Shown here piece by piece: positions 17,384-30,000 of a stretch of 64,000 nt of DNA. The notes under the pieces are model-generated. The model made no database searches, was not told the origin of the DNA, and saw nothing but the letters and a program-made list of their open reading frames with translations. The stretch lies in the IMG/VR virus record IMGVR_UViG_3300046171_000241, one strand, 5' to 3'. The stretch is from an uncultured virus (IMG/VR IMGVR_UViG_3300046171_000241) (Duplodnaviria > Heunggongvirae > Uroviricota > Caudoviricetes). How positions within the stretch are numbered: the first letter of the stretch is position 1; each line of letters opens with the position of its first letter. The translations under genes and the position numbers were made by a program.

Positions 17384-20300
17384 TTATCGGGCATTGGGCT
17401 GTGCGCCATATAAACCAGATACTGGTGCTTCTGCCCAGGCACAATATATTAGGGTGTCACTTCTGTTAGTTTGTGTATATACACCACTGCTGTCTCCTTC
17501 TCTTACTTTGAATCCATTTGATAAAATATCAATACAGGGTTTAGATCCAAATTGCCCATAGTTGTTATTGGCATATGACTCAACTTGATTGTCGTCAAGG
17601 AATAACACCTCTGCTGATGCAGAGTTATTATCTGTACTTCTCGTTGTGTCTATAACACACCAGTGTCTATTACTCCCCTCATCAATGTGCTTTATCCAAA
17701 CTATTGCCGGTTTGAAACCTAATTCTATGAAGGGTCCATCTGTAGATGTATTGCCCTCATAACTGCCAAATTTCTGTAGTCCGGGGACATCTGCCCAAGA
17801 ATAGTAGATTACACTAGCAGAAGCATCATTATAAAATCCAGCATTAAATGTAAATACGCTTGATGATGGTGCAACGTTGCCCCAAGGATCCTGACTATCA
17901 ACAGCACCACTAGTAAATTGCAATCTGTTTGCACCACCAGGAGTTGCATCTTTATGATAAATGTCCCAATTAAAAGTATTAGTTAAAGACTTAGCTATGA
18001 TGAAATCGGGAGTTTTTCCGAGTCCATGTGAGATACTAACATTACCTGATGCCGTACCAAGAGTAACTTTAACTATACTAAATCCTTGCTTGGTTCCAAC
18101 AGATGCACCAGTGGGACTTAATGTTCCACCATCTAATCCTGCTGCAGCAGCACTTGCATAACCTACATCATCAACATTAAAGGTGTTTTTGTTTCCACCA
18201 GCCTTCCAGCACCATGCTACATAACCATTACCAGTTTTATTCAACTCATAACTTTGATTACCAAGAACATTGGCACCCAACGTAAAACCATTAGAGGTGA
18301 AGGATGTTAATCCATCTGTTGAGTCAGTAATTTGAACTGCAGTTGTGTCCGATTGAAGAATATTTGGTGCGTCTCTAACTGTATCTATTAAGTTATGGTT
18401 ATGCCCATTCGTATCGGTCCTATCTTTGATCCAGACCAGATCTGGAGTATTACCCGTCGATATTGTTCTTACACTTTGATTGCCAGTATAAATTGTTGCA
18501 CTTACATACTGATCAGGACGAGCAATAACAGTATCTGGTCTTACTGTTGATGATGTCAGTGGTTGGAAACCATCAGGTGGTGGGAACTTGAAGGGTTTTT
18601 GACCGAAGTTTGTAATACTTCTTCCATAAGTGCCAGTATTACTTTGATGAGCTGGACATAAAGAAGTGCCTGCTGTTGTACCAATCGTTTGACTTAATAC
18701 CTGAACATTATTTTTATAGAATGTTAAAGTATTATTATCTAAATCAGCAGCAACACCAATAACATCACCAGCTAACCATTTTCCAGTGCTAGTGTCCGTA
18801 TTGCTTCCAGAGAAGTTTTTGTAATAACCACTATCCATGAAATAGAAAGAGTGCTGCATATCACTATTGTTTGGAGCAGTTTCAATATTTGATACATTAT
18901 CAAATCCCCATCCGATTGAGTTATGAACATCACCTGAACCTGTTCCTGGTCCATCATTTAAGACTGTAGCTTCATAATACCACTTGCCTGATGATTGTGA
19001 AATGGTGCCATTTATTCTAGGAGTGTTTGTACCATCTCCATAGAAAAGAAGATTACCATCTAAAATATTTCCTCTTGACTTAGTTAAAGGATTCCAAGTA
19101 GCATAACCAGTCTCTTGTCCGCGAACTGTGTTAATGTCAGTGTTGAATGGGTTGAAGGTGGTTGCTACTGAGTTTCCGTTTGCTGTAATACTTCCGGTAG
19201 GAATAACTGCGGCAGCAATAGCAGAAGTATTAGATTGACAACACAGAAGTTTTGTGTTGGTTACATTTGTGAGTGTTCTAAATGGTGGTGTGAATTCTGA
19301 AGTATAAACCGCAGTTCCTTTATTGACTCTTACATTAGAAATGATACACTTAGACAAGTAACCAGTATCATAATAACCACCTATGGCAACATAAGTAGTT
19401 GCATAGTTAGTAGTATCACTTGATATGGTTGTAGCATCTTGCTTTCCATCAACAAATAATTTAATTGTTCCAGACTCGCGTACTAATGCAACATGGCACC
19501 ATCTCTTGTATGGAACTGGTGTTGAAAAACCAGTGGAACCATTTTTGGCATATGCTCTAAATACTCCATTTTGTCCATTATCCTTGTGGATGGTAATAAC
19601 ACCTGTGCTTGTATTTTTTAAACCACCAGAAGAATCACTAAACTGTATAAATCCTTTACCAGCAGTTTCTTCATTATACAAGAACATCTCAACTGTAAAG
19701 TCACCTGTTCCAAAAGTAAAATCAGAACTGCTAGTAGTGGTGCTCAAATAATCACTAGCACCATCAAAAGTCACAGCACCATCAGTAATCTTTTTCAAGT
19801 TTTGACTTGGTAGCAACACCTGATGGAGAATCTGGAAGAATATCTGGGGAGGTTGCGGGAACTACAAATGCTTGATCTCCTATATTAGTAGCAGTATATT
19901 TACATGCTCCAAAATAAACCCTTACATCTTGAATGTGACCATCGAATTCACTAGCAGATGTATTGGATTCGTCAGCACCTACTCTCATCTTCATATTATT
20001 ACCAAGTGCTACTGGTGATCCATTAGCAGAGGTTTGTACAACGAAGACACCATCAACAAAACCTCTAAGTCTTACTCCATCATATGATACTGCTACATGG
20101 TGCCATTTGTTTGCTGCGAATACGGCATCAGTGCTCACTGCAGATCCAGTTGATTCCTCTCTAATTTGAAGTTTTTTATCAGTTCTTACTTCAGCATATA
20201 AGTATTTGTTTCCATTCAAGTCTTGACTCATATTAATTGGTCTTTGATTCTGACTAAATCCGTCAGTATTAAACCAACATTCCATGGTATATTCAGTAGC

Positions 20301-22118
20301 ACCACTACCACAATCTGATGATGTCAAACAATCATCAGTTCCATCAAATTCATAACTTCCACCATAAAAATTAGAATCTGATGTGCTTGCAGCTGGATCG
20401 CCGTTTGAAGTTATTGTTTTTGTGGTGGAAGTACATGTAATAGAAGCACTTATATCACTAGTACTACTACGTAATGGCATCGCAAGAACACATTTTGATG
20501 CATATTGATCTGCCTTGGTTTCATCAGTAGTTACACTGATACTATTACCCATACCACTGTGGTTAGTACAATAGTAATAGAGAGTATCAGGTGCGTTGTG
20601 TGGGACAGTGAAACTGATTACATTACCCGAAACACTAGTTCCGTCAGTATATTGTGTACTTCCAGCAGCATCAGCAGCAGTAGCAAACCTCAGGGGGTGA
20701 CTTGTGGCGGATGAATAATCAAAGACATATGTTGCACCTCTGATGAAACTTAGAGTTGGTTGAGTTCCTCTACCATCAAAGATGTAAGGATTGCCACCAC
20801 CAGATGAAGAACTTACAGTTTCATAGAATCCTTCTTTACTTCCAAATACACCAACTCCTGCCTTAGTTCCACCTGGAGTTGTATTCAGGATTGGTTTTGC
20901 ACCTGTTGCTTTATCTAATGTAGTAGAACCACCAAAGTTTACTGGTATCCAGTTGTTTGCGTTACCAGATTTATCCTCTCCAATAGGCGAGTTTCCATCC
21001 ATTGGGAGGTAGAAACCATTTACACCAGTAATAGGATCCAACAAAACGCTACCGCCAATCCGGATTCTCACGATTGAGGCAGGACGACCGCTGGTGTCTG
21101 TACCGTTATCAACGGTAATTTTGCTAAGGCTTCCGCTTAAAGAACCAGTGGTAAGCGTGCTTGTATTTGAATCACTGTCTGAAACGCGAGACCCATCCGA
21201 TCCATCAACCGTGACAAACATCCCTTGGTAGGTACTGGATGTGTCGATAGAAACCGTCTCGTTGCTTAGCGTTATTGCAGGGTTAAAGGTAATCGAAAAA
21301 CTTTCACCTTTATTAGATACTTCAGCCTGTGTGCGTACACCTCCACTGCCGTCAAATATTTTTGAAACGTTATTATAGCTAGAGTCCCAAGATGAACTTC
21401 CGATAAGAGCAATCGTGCTTATGTTCGTGTAATTTGTAGATCCAACAGTAAAATTAAATTCACCAGTGTACTTTTTAGGTCTCCAAGTATTTGTGAGTAG
21501 ATCAGTATATCCAAAACTATCAGGAGTAAGTGCTTGGCCGTCTACCAGATATACATTTGTTATTTGACCGTCAAATGTAGTATCTTGTACACTGCTACTT
21601 TCATTATTGGCACCAATGTAGTGTGCAACATTAGTATTAAAGTTAAAAGCAGCGCCCTGAGTTGGATATTTATTACTACCACTGATACTATTGTGAGTTA
21701 AATTAGCATCAGCTATTTGATCACCATTAACATAAATTTTTTGGCGGTTGGTATCTGTGCCCTGTATTGTATCTAAAACAAGGACAACATGATACCATCC
21801 ATTATCACGGAAAACTTGATTTGTCTGTAGTCCGTAAAATGTTCCACCAGTCTGCAAAGCAAATTGCAGTTTATCACTCATAAATCTCACTATAACTCTG
21901 TTACTATTATCAGTAAATGAGTTAAACAAAACACGTTGATCACCCATGTTCTGTTTTTTAAACCAGAAACTGAGTGTCCATGTCATTTGATTACCTGATG
22001 ATCCAGGAGTTCTTATTAAATGTAGTTTTTTTGCCTTTTCAAACTTCAAACTACCATCAATAACCTGAGCACCAGATGCCCTATCCTCTGTAACTACCTG
22101 AGGTAATACTATTCCCAT
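17384..22118 (-). CDS. large multi-domain virion/fibre tip protein (LamG, cupredoxin-like, SPRY-like); frameshift near 19800
   Basis: ORFs 19782-22118 and 17384-19819 join at KSKL/KKITDG; three LamG-type W(Y/H/C)HV motifs, SPRY-like SGKWYYE..GDVIGVAADLD, C-terminal PDLVWIK/YVAWCWKAGG repeats. Confidence 0.75.
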
Positions 22119-22128
22119 TTATCTACCC

Positions 22129-22968
22129 TCAGCTATAGTTTACGGATGCGCCAGCAAGTAGTTGTGTTCCACCTGCTCCTACTCTATTTACGGTGAATGA
22201 AATCAAACTAATTGCTCCATCTGCAGTGGGTAATGATGGTGTAGAACCTGATGGGAATAAGAAGAATGTGCTAAACCCAACAGTAGTAATACCAGAGTTG
22301 ATAATCCTTACTGTATGACTATCTGCTTCTGTTCCACCGGATACTGTGATAGTTGTAATACCAGATGCAGTTACCTTATGATCTTGTGCGTCTGTAAGAT
22401 TTAGTGTTGTGACAATACCTGATGAAACTAATGCTTCCGTGGAAATACTTCCTCCTCCTCCACCACCAGTGATGTTAATTGTAGAAATACCTGCCGAAGG
22501 AGCAGTGATATCACCAACACCAGATCCTCTAAAGTCAAGGAAGGTAACTCCAAATCCTACGTTACCGCTTGCTGTTTTAATGCCGACACCAGATTGAGGT
22601 AGTCCTATTAGTGCCGATCCATCGATTGCTGGGAGAGCACCAGTAAGATTTGATGAGGCAAGAGAACCATTAAAAGATCCTGCAGTAATGATGCCTGCTG
22701 TTATATAACTACCATTAGCAGAAAATGTTCCTGCAACACCAGCAGAAGGTCCTATTTTAATTCCTTGTTGTGCAGTAACAATACCAACTGAATCTATATT
22801 TGTTACATCTTCATACGTCAGAGTTCCACCAATCGTAATATTACCAGTCGTGGTAATGTCTACAACATTGACGATACTAGAATTTGCCAGATCTAGATTG
22901 TCGCTCGCAGGCAACTCTTTGATCTGTAAAGCAGAACTATCAACTATCAGTGGAAATCTGTTTGCCAT
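22129..22968 (-). CDS. tail fibre stalk protein with C-terminal docking-type domain
   Basis: MANRFPL, TYEDVTNIDSVG, LPAIDGSAL, C-terminal FLFPSGSTPSL..ISLISF. Confidence 0.7.
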   Translation of the reverse strand: MANRFPLIVDSSALQIKELPASDNLDLANSSIVNVVDITTTGNITIGGTLTYEDVTNIDSVGIVTAQQGIKIGPSAGVAGTFSANGSYITAGIITAGSFNGSLASSNLTGALPAIDGSALIGLPQSGVGIKTASGNVGFGVTFLDFRGSGVGDITAPSAGISTINITGGGGGGSISTEALVSSGIVTTLNLTDAQDHKVTASGITTITVSGGTEADSHTVRIINSGITTVGFSTFFLFPSGSTPSLPTADGAISLISFTVNRVGAGGTQLLAGASVNYS

Positions 22969-22987
22969 TTTCTTGCTTTTCTTTTAT

Positions 22988-23500
22988 TTAGACTGGGACG
23001 TTAATTGTTGCTGATCTCCCGACTACATCGAGAGTGTTTGTTGATGGAATTGTGAATGTAACTGCGGTGCCAACTCTAACACCAACAACCATGATGGATG
23101 CAGCACCACTAGAGATACTTACATCAATAGTCGAACCATTAACAGCAAATGTGTTTCCAGTTCCAACAAAGTTTAGTGTTTCTGCTTGACCAATTAATAC
23201 TCCAGAAGACTGAATACCAACTCGATCGTCTGTTAGATTAAATGCCTTGTAAGCAACTCCTTCAAGAACATCACCATTTTGAGCAGCACTAATCAGACTT
23301 ATTGTTGCCCCATCAGTTGCTGCATAGTCAGGACCCTCGATTAAACGAGCACCGTTCAAATACAGATCAAGGTATCCAACGGTATATCCCGAAGCAAAAG
23401 TAAAGTCAGTTGTTACTCCAGTCGGACTAAAGATCTGCCTTGAAACGACGACAGAAGAATCGCCAGGAGCTCTTCCGATATAACCGTTACGATCTGCCAT
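22988..23500 (-). CDS. tail fibre-associated structural protein
   Basis: GYIGRAP N-terminus; LDLYLNGARL..DYAATDG domain shared with 14667-15377. Confidence 0.65.
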   Translation of the reverse strand: MADRNGYIGRAPGDSSVVVSRQIFSPTGVTTDFTFASGYTVGYLDLYLNGARLIEGPDYAATDGATISLISAAQNGDVLEGVAYKAFNLTDDRVGIQSSGVLIGQAETLNFVGTGNTFAVNGSTIDVSISSGAASIMVVGVRVGTAVTFTIPSTNTLDVVGRSATINVPV

Positions 23501-24036
23501 CAGTTAACTCCTGTGAGAATGCTGATATTTGCATCAATTGCATTTGCAGTATCACAATAAACCTTAATTAAATCGCCACTCTCAAGAAGTGTCTTACCAG
23601 TGTCGGAGATAACAAATGAAGAACCAGCAGGAACAGGAATCTTACTTGCAATTGCTGCAGTAACTCCAGCACTTGTATCTGTAATTTCAACTGTCAATCC
23701 AACTTGACCATTGGTATTATTGGCAAATGTTCCACCAATAAGAATCGTCTTAACACCAGTAGAAGTATAAAGAGTCGTGGGAGTCAGAAACTTCACAGTT
23801 TGACTCGATGCCGCAGCACCATTAGTCGAATCTCTATCAACAAAAACACTACCGATACCAATTGAGGAAACTTTCGTTCCTCCAAGATAATTTCCAGTCT
23901 CAACTAGATCACCAACTGCTACCCCTCCAGTAGAGATACCCGTAATTAGGGTAGTTGTAATACCAATAGAAGCACCAGTGCTGGTTGTTACAACACCTAC
24001 TGCTCTTGCTACCTTATTTGAAAAAGACTCTGCCAT
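23500..24036 (-). CDS. fibre adaptor-like protein
   Basis: MAESF..LYT..TILIG..AN..IPVPAGSSFV..KTLLESGDLIKV, distantly like 11187-11588. Confidence 0.6.
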   Translation of the reverse strand: MAESFSNKVARAVGVVTTSTGASIGITTTLITGISTGGVAVGDLVETGNYLGGTKVSSIGIGSVFVDRDSTNGAAASSQTVKFLTPTTLYTSTGVKTILIGGTFANNTNGQVGLTVEITDTSAGVTAAIASKIPVPAGSSFVISDTGKTLLESGDLIKVYCDTANAIDANISILTGVN

Positions 24037-24062
24037 CGTTCCTTAAGTGATAGAATTATTTA

Positions 24063-25000
24063 TCAACCGCCAAGTGCGATTACCAATCCAAGTGAGACAC
24101 TTGGTTGGATATTTACTGTTGCTACACCAGCTGGAGTAGCAGAACCAGCAGCAACTGTAATAGTCGCATTGGTTGCTGTGAAATCAACCATGGTAATGCC
24201 AGATCCAATTGCTGTTCCACCAGAAGCAATTCCGATAGCAGCAGAAAGACCAGATGCAGCACCTGTTAAATAAGAACCATCACCATAGTAAGTGACGATT
24301 CCAGTGGCACTTGCTGCTGTGACAATACCGGCAGGATCACCAATTTTGACACCATTAAGTGTAGAAATACCAGAAATATTGATATTTCGACCATTTACTT
24401 CATCATATACTACATCATCAAGAACATATAAATCACCACCAACATAAAGATCTCCACCAGTGGTTGTGATACCACCAGCAGAAGCAAGTGTGGTAACCCC
24501 TACGACATTAAGTGTCTCAGAAATGTTTGTAGTATCAAGTTCAGTTCTGCCATCAATATCAACACTACCTACGAAAGTGGAGAATCCACTTACTCTAAGA
24601 CTTGTTGCATTGACATGATCAAGTGTAATATCATCAAGATTGATGTCACCAGTGACACGCATGTCACCTTGAACATAAAGTGCCGTTTGACCAGTAGATA
24701 CTGGAGAACGAATATCAAGTAAGTATTCAGGTAGATCCAGTGCCTACACCAACGGAACCAATTCCAGGAAATGCATCGACACTGAAGACGTGCCAGCAAG
24801 CACCAACATGAAACGATTGTACAACAGTAGAAGCAGTACTGACATAAGAGTCAGTAGCACCAATTCCACCATTTACATGGAGAGTGTAATCTGGAGTTGT
24901 AGTTGCAATACCGACACGATTATTGTAGCGCATCTGCAAGAATGAGGTCAGTGTTGACCTCCAACCCGTTTTTAACGACAAAATTCTTATTGACTGCCAT
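24063..25000 (-). CDS. tail fibre protein (several frameshifts at 24720-24940)
   Basis: Starts MAVNKNFVVKNGLEVNTDLILAD, then NNRVGIATTTPDYTLHV, joining ORF 24063-24662 that ends VSLGLVIALGG. Confidence 0.7.
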
Positions 25001-25045
25001 TCGGGTTCACTCTCCCCCGCTTATTTTATATGTTTATTTATACGA

Positions 25046-27094
25046 TCACCAGTTCGCTGTCCATCTTATCTGTGGTTGTGGATTACCACCTTCTCCAGGC
25101 CTTCCTTGAATCTTAACGGGTAAGGTCCCATTAGATGAAAATACCCCCTGGTCTGGTCTAATCTGGATATTACCAAAATTTAAATTGTTTGGATTATCGG
25201 CTCCTTGTAATTCATTATTTTCTATTCTAAGCGTTATTCCTCTCCCACCTGAATGATTAGCACCTACAAGTTGATAAACAGCACCTGATTCAACTTGACT
25301 ATTTTGTGCAAGTTGATCGGCATTCGGTCCAAATCTCAGACGATCATTATCATTTCCACCTACCCTTAAAAATTCTAAAGTGTTATTATCACTTGCACTT
25401 CTCTCGGGATTCCAGTTAACTGTTCTTTCCGAAGTTGAACCAGAATCCGGTGGAATCAATGGTTCTTGGTCATCATTTGCAGAATATGCTTCTACTGAAA
25501 TAAATGCAACATCAGCATTTCCACCTTGTTGGGTTCCATTTGGAAGAGTGTTACTTGAGAGAAGTGTCAACGCAGTATATCCAGAGGCACCACCTCCACC
25601 ACCATTACTACTTCCTTGTCCACCCCTGGCACCAGCACCTCCACCACCACCATTACCACTTCCTGCACCACCGTTATTACGGAATCCTTGACCTGGTTTA
25701 TATCCTCTAATTATACCACCCGTGCTAGTGTTGGTAGTATCTGACAGAACACTTCCACTATTACTGTAGAATGGTATTCCAGTTCCTACATCTTCACAGG
25801 GTGTTTTTCCTTGAGATGTTCTCCACCATCCACCAATAGTACATCCACTTAGTTTTCCACTTCCGGAACTGCCATTATCAAAAGCACTTCCATCGCTTCT
25901 TCCTGCTTGAGTAAATCCATTTACAGAGTAAGTGTATGTTTCTCCACCATTCCCACCTCTTCCTCCCTCTTGTCCTACTACATTGCAACCACCACCATCT
26001 CCACCATCTCCACCTGCTCCAGCACCACCGCCACCACCACAGACAGCGACCACTGTTGCCTTTTCATATATTACTGCCAATCCACCACCACCATTAGTAC
26101 CACCTCTAGGGCCACCACCCAGATATTGATCAATACCCAATTTCACAGTATATTCAAAGTTTTGCTTCATTGTCATCTTAAACACAGAGATACCACCTTC
26201 TCCACCTCTATTGCTAAATCTACTACCTCCTTCCGCACCACCTAATGTAATCTTTACATCAACATCCCCTTCGGGGGAGAACATCTGTATAATTCTAGCA
26301 CCAATACCTGTTCTTGCTCTTGCAGTGAATGGTCCTGCAGTTGCTAAATCTCTTTGACCACTCCCTTGTCTAGTACCATTTCCAATCAATTCCCATGTAA
26401 TAAACGTTCTTGCAGATGCAACATCAAGATTTACTTCAGTTGATGTTACAGTTCCTGGTTGTGCGGTAGGATGAGAGACTTCACAATAAACTTTATCTAG
26501 GTTAGGATTTTCTCTAGTGATTGAAAGTGTTGATGAGGTAGCTCCACTTATTGCGGCACTATTAAGATACCACTGATAACTTAAATCAGAATCACTTCCG
26601 TCTGATGTTGATGCAACAATAGAAAATGATGTTTCAATATCTTCAACAACTGAAGCATTTACGGGTTGAGTATCAATTGAGATAGTTGGAAATACCGTAA
26701 GGGTTGCATTATTTGAATTTAATGGTTCATTAATTGCATTTGGTGATAAATCATTTGGATCATAACCTGCTTGTACAAAAACTTGCCCACTAATAGGTAA
26801 TGGACTAGGCAAACCTGATAGAGTTAAAGTTGTTGTTGCAGATCCAGTTATAGTTATTCCACTAGTTGTTCCATCAGTCAAAGCACTTGTTCCACTGTAC
26901 CACTGATGTGATACTGTTCCAGTATTAGTTTCTCTTTCAGTTTGCGCTGCTGGAAATGTTGCTGTTGCTATACCAATAAAAGTGGCAATTCCTGATGCTA
27001 CGCTACAGGAAGTGCCAACGGGTTGAGTTGTAAATGATAGAATTGGACCGTTAAGGTCCAAGTCTGATTGAACAAGAGGAAATAAAGGACTCAT
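25046..27094 (-). CDS. Ig-like plus glycine-rich virion protein (tip)
   Basis: Two TQP..(H/Y)QWY Ig-like repeats followed by a GGGGGAG-rich region. Confidence 0.75.
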   Translation of the reverse strand: MSPLFPLVQSDLDLNGPILSFTTQPVGTSCSVASGIATFIGIATATFPAAQTERETNTGTVSHQWYSGTSALTDGTTSGITITGSATTTLTLSGLPSPLPISGQVFVQAGYDPNDLSPNAINEPLNSNNATLTVFPTISIDTQPVNASVVEDIETSFSIVASTSDGSDSDLSYQWYLNSAAISGATSSTLSITRENPNLDKVYCEVSHPTAQPGTVTSTEVNLDVASARTFITWELIGNGTRQGSGQRDLATAGPFTARARTGIGARIIQMFSPEGDVDVKITLGGAEGGSRFSNRGGEGGISVFKMTMKQNFEYTVKLGIDQYLGGGPRGGTNGGGGLAVIYEKATVVAVCGGGGGAGAGGDGGDGGGCNVVGQEGGRGGNGGETYTYSVNGFTQAGRSDGSAFDNGSSGSGKLSGCTIGGWWRTSQGKTPCEDVGTGIPFYSNSGSVLSDTTNTSTGGIIRGYKPGQGFRNNGGAGSGNGGGGGAGARGGQGSSNGGGGGASGYTALTLLSSNTLPNGTQQGGNADVAFISVEAYSANDDQEPLIPPDSGSTSERTVNWNPERSASDNNTLEFLRVGGNDNDRLRFGPNADQLAQNSQVESGAVYQLVGANHSGGRGITLRIENNELQGADNPNNLNFGNIQIRPDQGVFSSNGTLPVKIQGRPGEGGNPQPQIRWTANW

Positions 27095-30000
27095 GAGAAG
27101 TTTTGACCTCCAACTACGCCGTAAAGACCTTTGGTTGTAAGAGCACTACCATCAAAGAACTTGAACGAGTAAATGTCAGTTCTATCTGCAGTTGTTGTTA
27201 CTGTTGGAACAACTCCTCCAGGCCAATAAACTGGTATTGAGTTTGTTAGATTTAGATTCTTGAATGAATCAATATCAACTGCAAAACCGACAGTACTATT
27301 TTGAGTAGTCTTGATTGTAAATGTTCCCCCATCAGATGGTGGATTTCTCAATTCAAAGACATCGATAATACTATTAACATCTACTTCAAATACACTAGAT
27401 CTAGCAAGGTCTAAAATTACCTTACGGTTTGGTGCTGTACCCGATATAGTGAGACCACTATCTACATTTTCTGCGATTGCAGTTGTTCTCAGCACACCCT
27501 CAACATCCAACAATGCTCTTGGTGTTCCTGTTCCAATTCCAATTTGATTGCTGGAAGTCGTCAGTGCTGTACCAATTATCAAATCAGTTGTTGTAACTAT
27601 CCCAACAGTGATTTGACCACTAGAGTTTTGAATATCATAATCACCAGTGACTGTAGTAAATCCAGTAATTATTACATCATTTGCAGTGATAATACCTGCA
27701 AATCTTGCTTCTCCATTGACAAAGAGTGAAGTTCCAGAAGCACCTACAGCACCAATAGTTACATCAGCACCAGTAGCGACGGAAGTACCGATACCAACTT
27801 CATTTAAGTCACTGTTATAAAGTATAGGTGTTCCACCAGTTATGTTAGTCCAACCAGCAGCAGATATGTTTACACTAGTAAGTAAAGATCCATCACCCTC
27901 AAACTTAGTAGCAGTTACAACACCACTAATATTAATATCACCAATAACGCGAAGTGAAGTTCCATTTGCAGTAGTTCCAATACCAACACCATCACCATCT
28001 ACGGCGAACAGACTGGTTCCAGATCCGACTTGGAATGTATTTACACCTGGTGTAGTTGTTCCAACTCCAACTTTATCGAAAGTAAAGATACTTAAATCCC
28101 TGTCCAAACTGATTGGAGACATCGCACGCCATTCATTGTCTGTGGTATAAACATAACCCCATGTTCCACCCTGAGATGGATTTGCTTTCCAAATTACATT
28201 ACCAGGGTTTCCTGCTAACGTAGGAACCGAAATTCCCACGGTGTAATTTCTAGAAACAGTTGCGTCACCCTGAAGGAACAAACTATTAGATTCTAAACCT
28301 TTGTTTGAGTTAATAGTAAGTTTATTATTGATAATGATTGGTCCATTAAACTCGGAAGTCGTATTATTATCGGGGCCACCTTCAACCTTAATGGATCTAG
28401 CAAATACACCTTCAACTGGAGTAATAACATTAATTGCTGATTCTGAAAGAATGTCCTCACCAGTAATTGTTCTAACAGGAGTATCAAAGATTTCTTCCCG
28501 ACCAGTGATAGTGCTTAACTTTTTATTACCTGAGTATGAAATGCCTTTGTCATTCATACCAGTGTAGAAGTTAATTCCACCCTCTCTCTTATTAGATTGA
28601 GCTAGAAGTTCTTCATCATTACTGATTGCCCTATCTTGCTTATCAGGGAATGCTGTAGAATAGTTACCAGGACCAAATCCGACATATTCAAATGTGTGTC
28701 CAGAAGCACGAATAATAGAGTGTCTTCTAAGTTCAGTTGTAAATGGTTTTACTCTCTTAACTACTGCGCCAAGGTCATGAGTGCTTGCTTTTGTACCAAG
28801 AACTCCACGATAAACCGTAACAGATGAATCAGTAGATTCAACTGTATTTTTGACTCGTACAATTTCATCATTAATTTGCAAATAATCTCCAATTCTTATA
28901 TCACTTTCATTGGAATTTAATCCTCTGATTGGGAAAATACTTCCAGTAGCAGTAGTAACTGAACCTGAAAGAGTTGTAGTTATTCCTGCATAAGGTGGAA
29001 TCATTCTCCCGCCAAGATTTTCATTATTAATAGTTACATTTCCATTTTGCGATGCAAATCCTTCTGGAAGTGCATATATATCAGAACTTGACTCTGTTGG
29101 AGATTCGGTTCCAATACCAATATTGATTTTAAATCTAGTCTGTGTTACATTTTCGGTAATAACAAAAGACCCATTATATGAGGTAGTAGCTGCTCCTGTG
29201 ATTGTAATTTTATTATCAACTCTCAATCCATGAGATGATACTGTATTAACTGTTGCAATTCCAGAACTAAAATCATATGCAAGATCACTAATCTTAATAG
29301 ATTGTCCGGTTAGATATAAATTAGCATCTGATGTAAGAGTAGACCCCACAGCATCTGAGATATTTGAGATATTAGACGCGGAACTTACAGTAAAATTCTT
29401 ATCAGATCCTATACCAACATCAGTAATGCGATACAAATTATTGTAACCACTATAAGATTCTGAAGAGACTCCAGATATTCTAATAACATCACCTATATTG
29501 TTATAGATTTTTTCTACTTCTACTACTGCAGGAGTATGACTGGTTCCATTTGTGGTGATTCCAGTGATATGCATTGTATTACCAATACCATATGCACTAC
29601 CACCATCCATTATAAGTACATTACTAATAGTTCCAGCAGCACTTACCGTAACTTTTGCTGTTGCATGATTACCAGTTGTAGATGCTCCAATAGAAACAAG
29701 ATTTGCATTATAGTAATTTTCTATTGATCCCCCGCCAGTTCCATAATCAGATCCACCAGTTCCATTAATTTTTAACTTAATTACCCTATTCAATCCATGA
29801 TCAATTGTAGTATGAATTGTGTGTGCAGTTCCAGTAATAGAAGCAATATCAGTTATACCAACACCAACATCAGTATCTTTGATTAGTTTATTAATAGTTT
29901 CTCTAGTAATACTCTTCTTAGGGTCATTAACATCAACAAGTCCAATAATCGCAGAATCAGCAAAACACTGAGATTCTTCTGGATCGGAATTGGGGTTATC

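Noticed and set aside
19782..19819. Programmed frameshift giving short and long tip proteins
   Set aside because: Joining needs removal of one base (CTTG to CTG); there is no canonical slippery heptamer and the background indel rate is high.
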